This document shows positions 63,439 to 64,000 of a stretch of 64,000 nucleotides of DNA, piece after piece. This DNA is from Mageeibacillus sp. UBA5747. Its GTDB lineage: Bacteria; Bacillota; Clostridia; Saccharofermentanales; UBA5734. Both the position numbers and the translations under genes were made by a program. How positions within the stretch are numbered: position 1 is the stretch's first letter; every line of letters starts with the position of its first letter. The stretch covers positions 51,620 through 115,619 of the forward strand of contig DIFN01000076.1 of the NCBI GenBank assembly GCA_002419145.1, in the 5' to 3' direction. Under the pieces are notes generated by a model. That model did not search any database, was not told the DNA's origin, and saw only the letters and a list, made by a program, of their open reading frames with translations.

Positions 63439-64000
63439 AAACCAAAATAGTCCAATACACAGCCATGACAGTGATTTGTATGATCCTTGGAATCCTGATC
63501 TCCCTGCAAATGAAAAATGTCAACGAAAACAAAGTGACAGCTGACAAACTGGAAGATTTGCAATACAAGCTGATCGACATCGCCAACAAAAATGCGGAAT
63601 TGAACACCCGCAATGCTGAACTGTACCAATACATTTCCCAGCTGGAAAATGACTACGCCAAAGGCAGTGCCAGCATCGAATCCATCATCAAGGAAAAGGA
63701 ACGCCTGGCCATTTTTGCCGGCCTGCGCGAAGTCAAGAACTATGGCATCCAGATCGATATCAGCTGTTCGCCCGAAAGCCTGATCCGTGACAGTGTGATC
63801 CGAACCTTTGTCAACGACCTGAGGGCCCTGGGAGCCCAGGCTATTTCAGTCAACGATGAACGCCTGGTCGCAACATCGGAAATCAGGGCCACGGCTTCGT
63901 CGATCATCATCAATGGCAATGGCTACAACCGCCAGGGAACCTTTACCATCCGGGCCATCACGGATCCCAGCAAAGAGGCTTACATACTTTCCTACCTCGA
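63435..64000 (+). CDS. Second DUF881 domain-containing protein (partial, runs off the window)
   Basis: Hand-translated ORF starting at an ATGA overlap: MKTKIVQYTAMTVICMILGILISLQMKNV...GIQIDIS...AISVNDERL...FTIRAITDP. No stop codon before position 64000. Confidence 0.75.
   Translation, partial: MKTKIVQYTAMTVICMILGILISLQMKNVNENKVTADKLEDLQYKLIDIANKNAELNTRNAELYQYISQLENDYAKGSASIESIIKEKERLAIFAGLREVKNYGIQIDISCSPESLIRDSVIRTFVNDLRALGAQAISVNDERLVATSEIRATASSIIINGNGYNRQGTFTIRAITDPSKEAYILSYL

Noticed and set aside
1-64000. Scanned for CRISPR arrays, IS/transposase, integrase, phage, toxin-antitoxin or recognisable defence-system genes
   Set aside because: I found none. No regularly spaced direct repeats are present, and no ORF carries DDE/tyrosine-recombinase, Cas, restriction-modification or abortive-infection-type motifs. 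By-eye scanning cannot exclude short or degenerate repeats.

Overview
This window looks like a core chromosomal segment of a Bacillota (Firmicutes)-type genome, probably a Clostridia-like anaerobe, and is moderately GC-rich by eye. I can support about 65 CDS and 6 tRNA genes: Pro-CGG, a His-GTG/Gln-TTG/Lys-TTT cluster, Gly-TCC and Arg-TCT, all with encoded CCA. I also call several sigma-A-like promoters and rho-independent terminators. I found no rRNA, CRISPR array, transposase, integrase or phage gene. Gene order is strongly Bacillus-like in blocks: rdgB-ysnB; nadD-yqeK-rsfS-comEA; efp-asp23-amaP-nusB-xseAB-ispA-dxs-nadK-argR-recN; rny-ymdB; lspA-rluD-DUF881. Four regions stand out. (1) A stand-alone six-gene operon at 3475-7299 encodes DRTGG, GHKL-ATPase, a HydS-like [FeFe]-hydrogenase homolog, DRTGG, PHP and GHKL-ATPase. 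It has altered H-cluster motifs and no catalytic hydrogenase genes nearby, so it is a candidate uncharacterised redox/H2-sensing signalling module. (2) A long, translationally coupled same-strand run encodes alaR/alaT-like genes, prfB (no frameshift site), larE-larB-larC (no larA), purEFNHD and a nadD-yqeK fusion. (3) A late-pathway C30 glycosyl-carotenoid cluster (crtQ-crtO-crtP-aldH) lacks crtM/crtN and is bracketed by tRNA clusters. (4) A 390-bp AT-richer non-coding spacer with 12-bp inverted repeats lies next to an AT-richer Ca2+/Na+ antiporter gene. All functional calls rest on motif and family recognition by eye, not on database searches.
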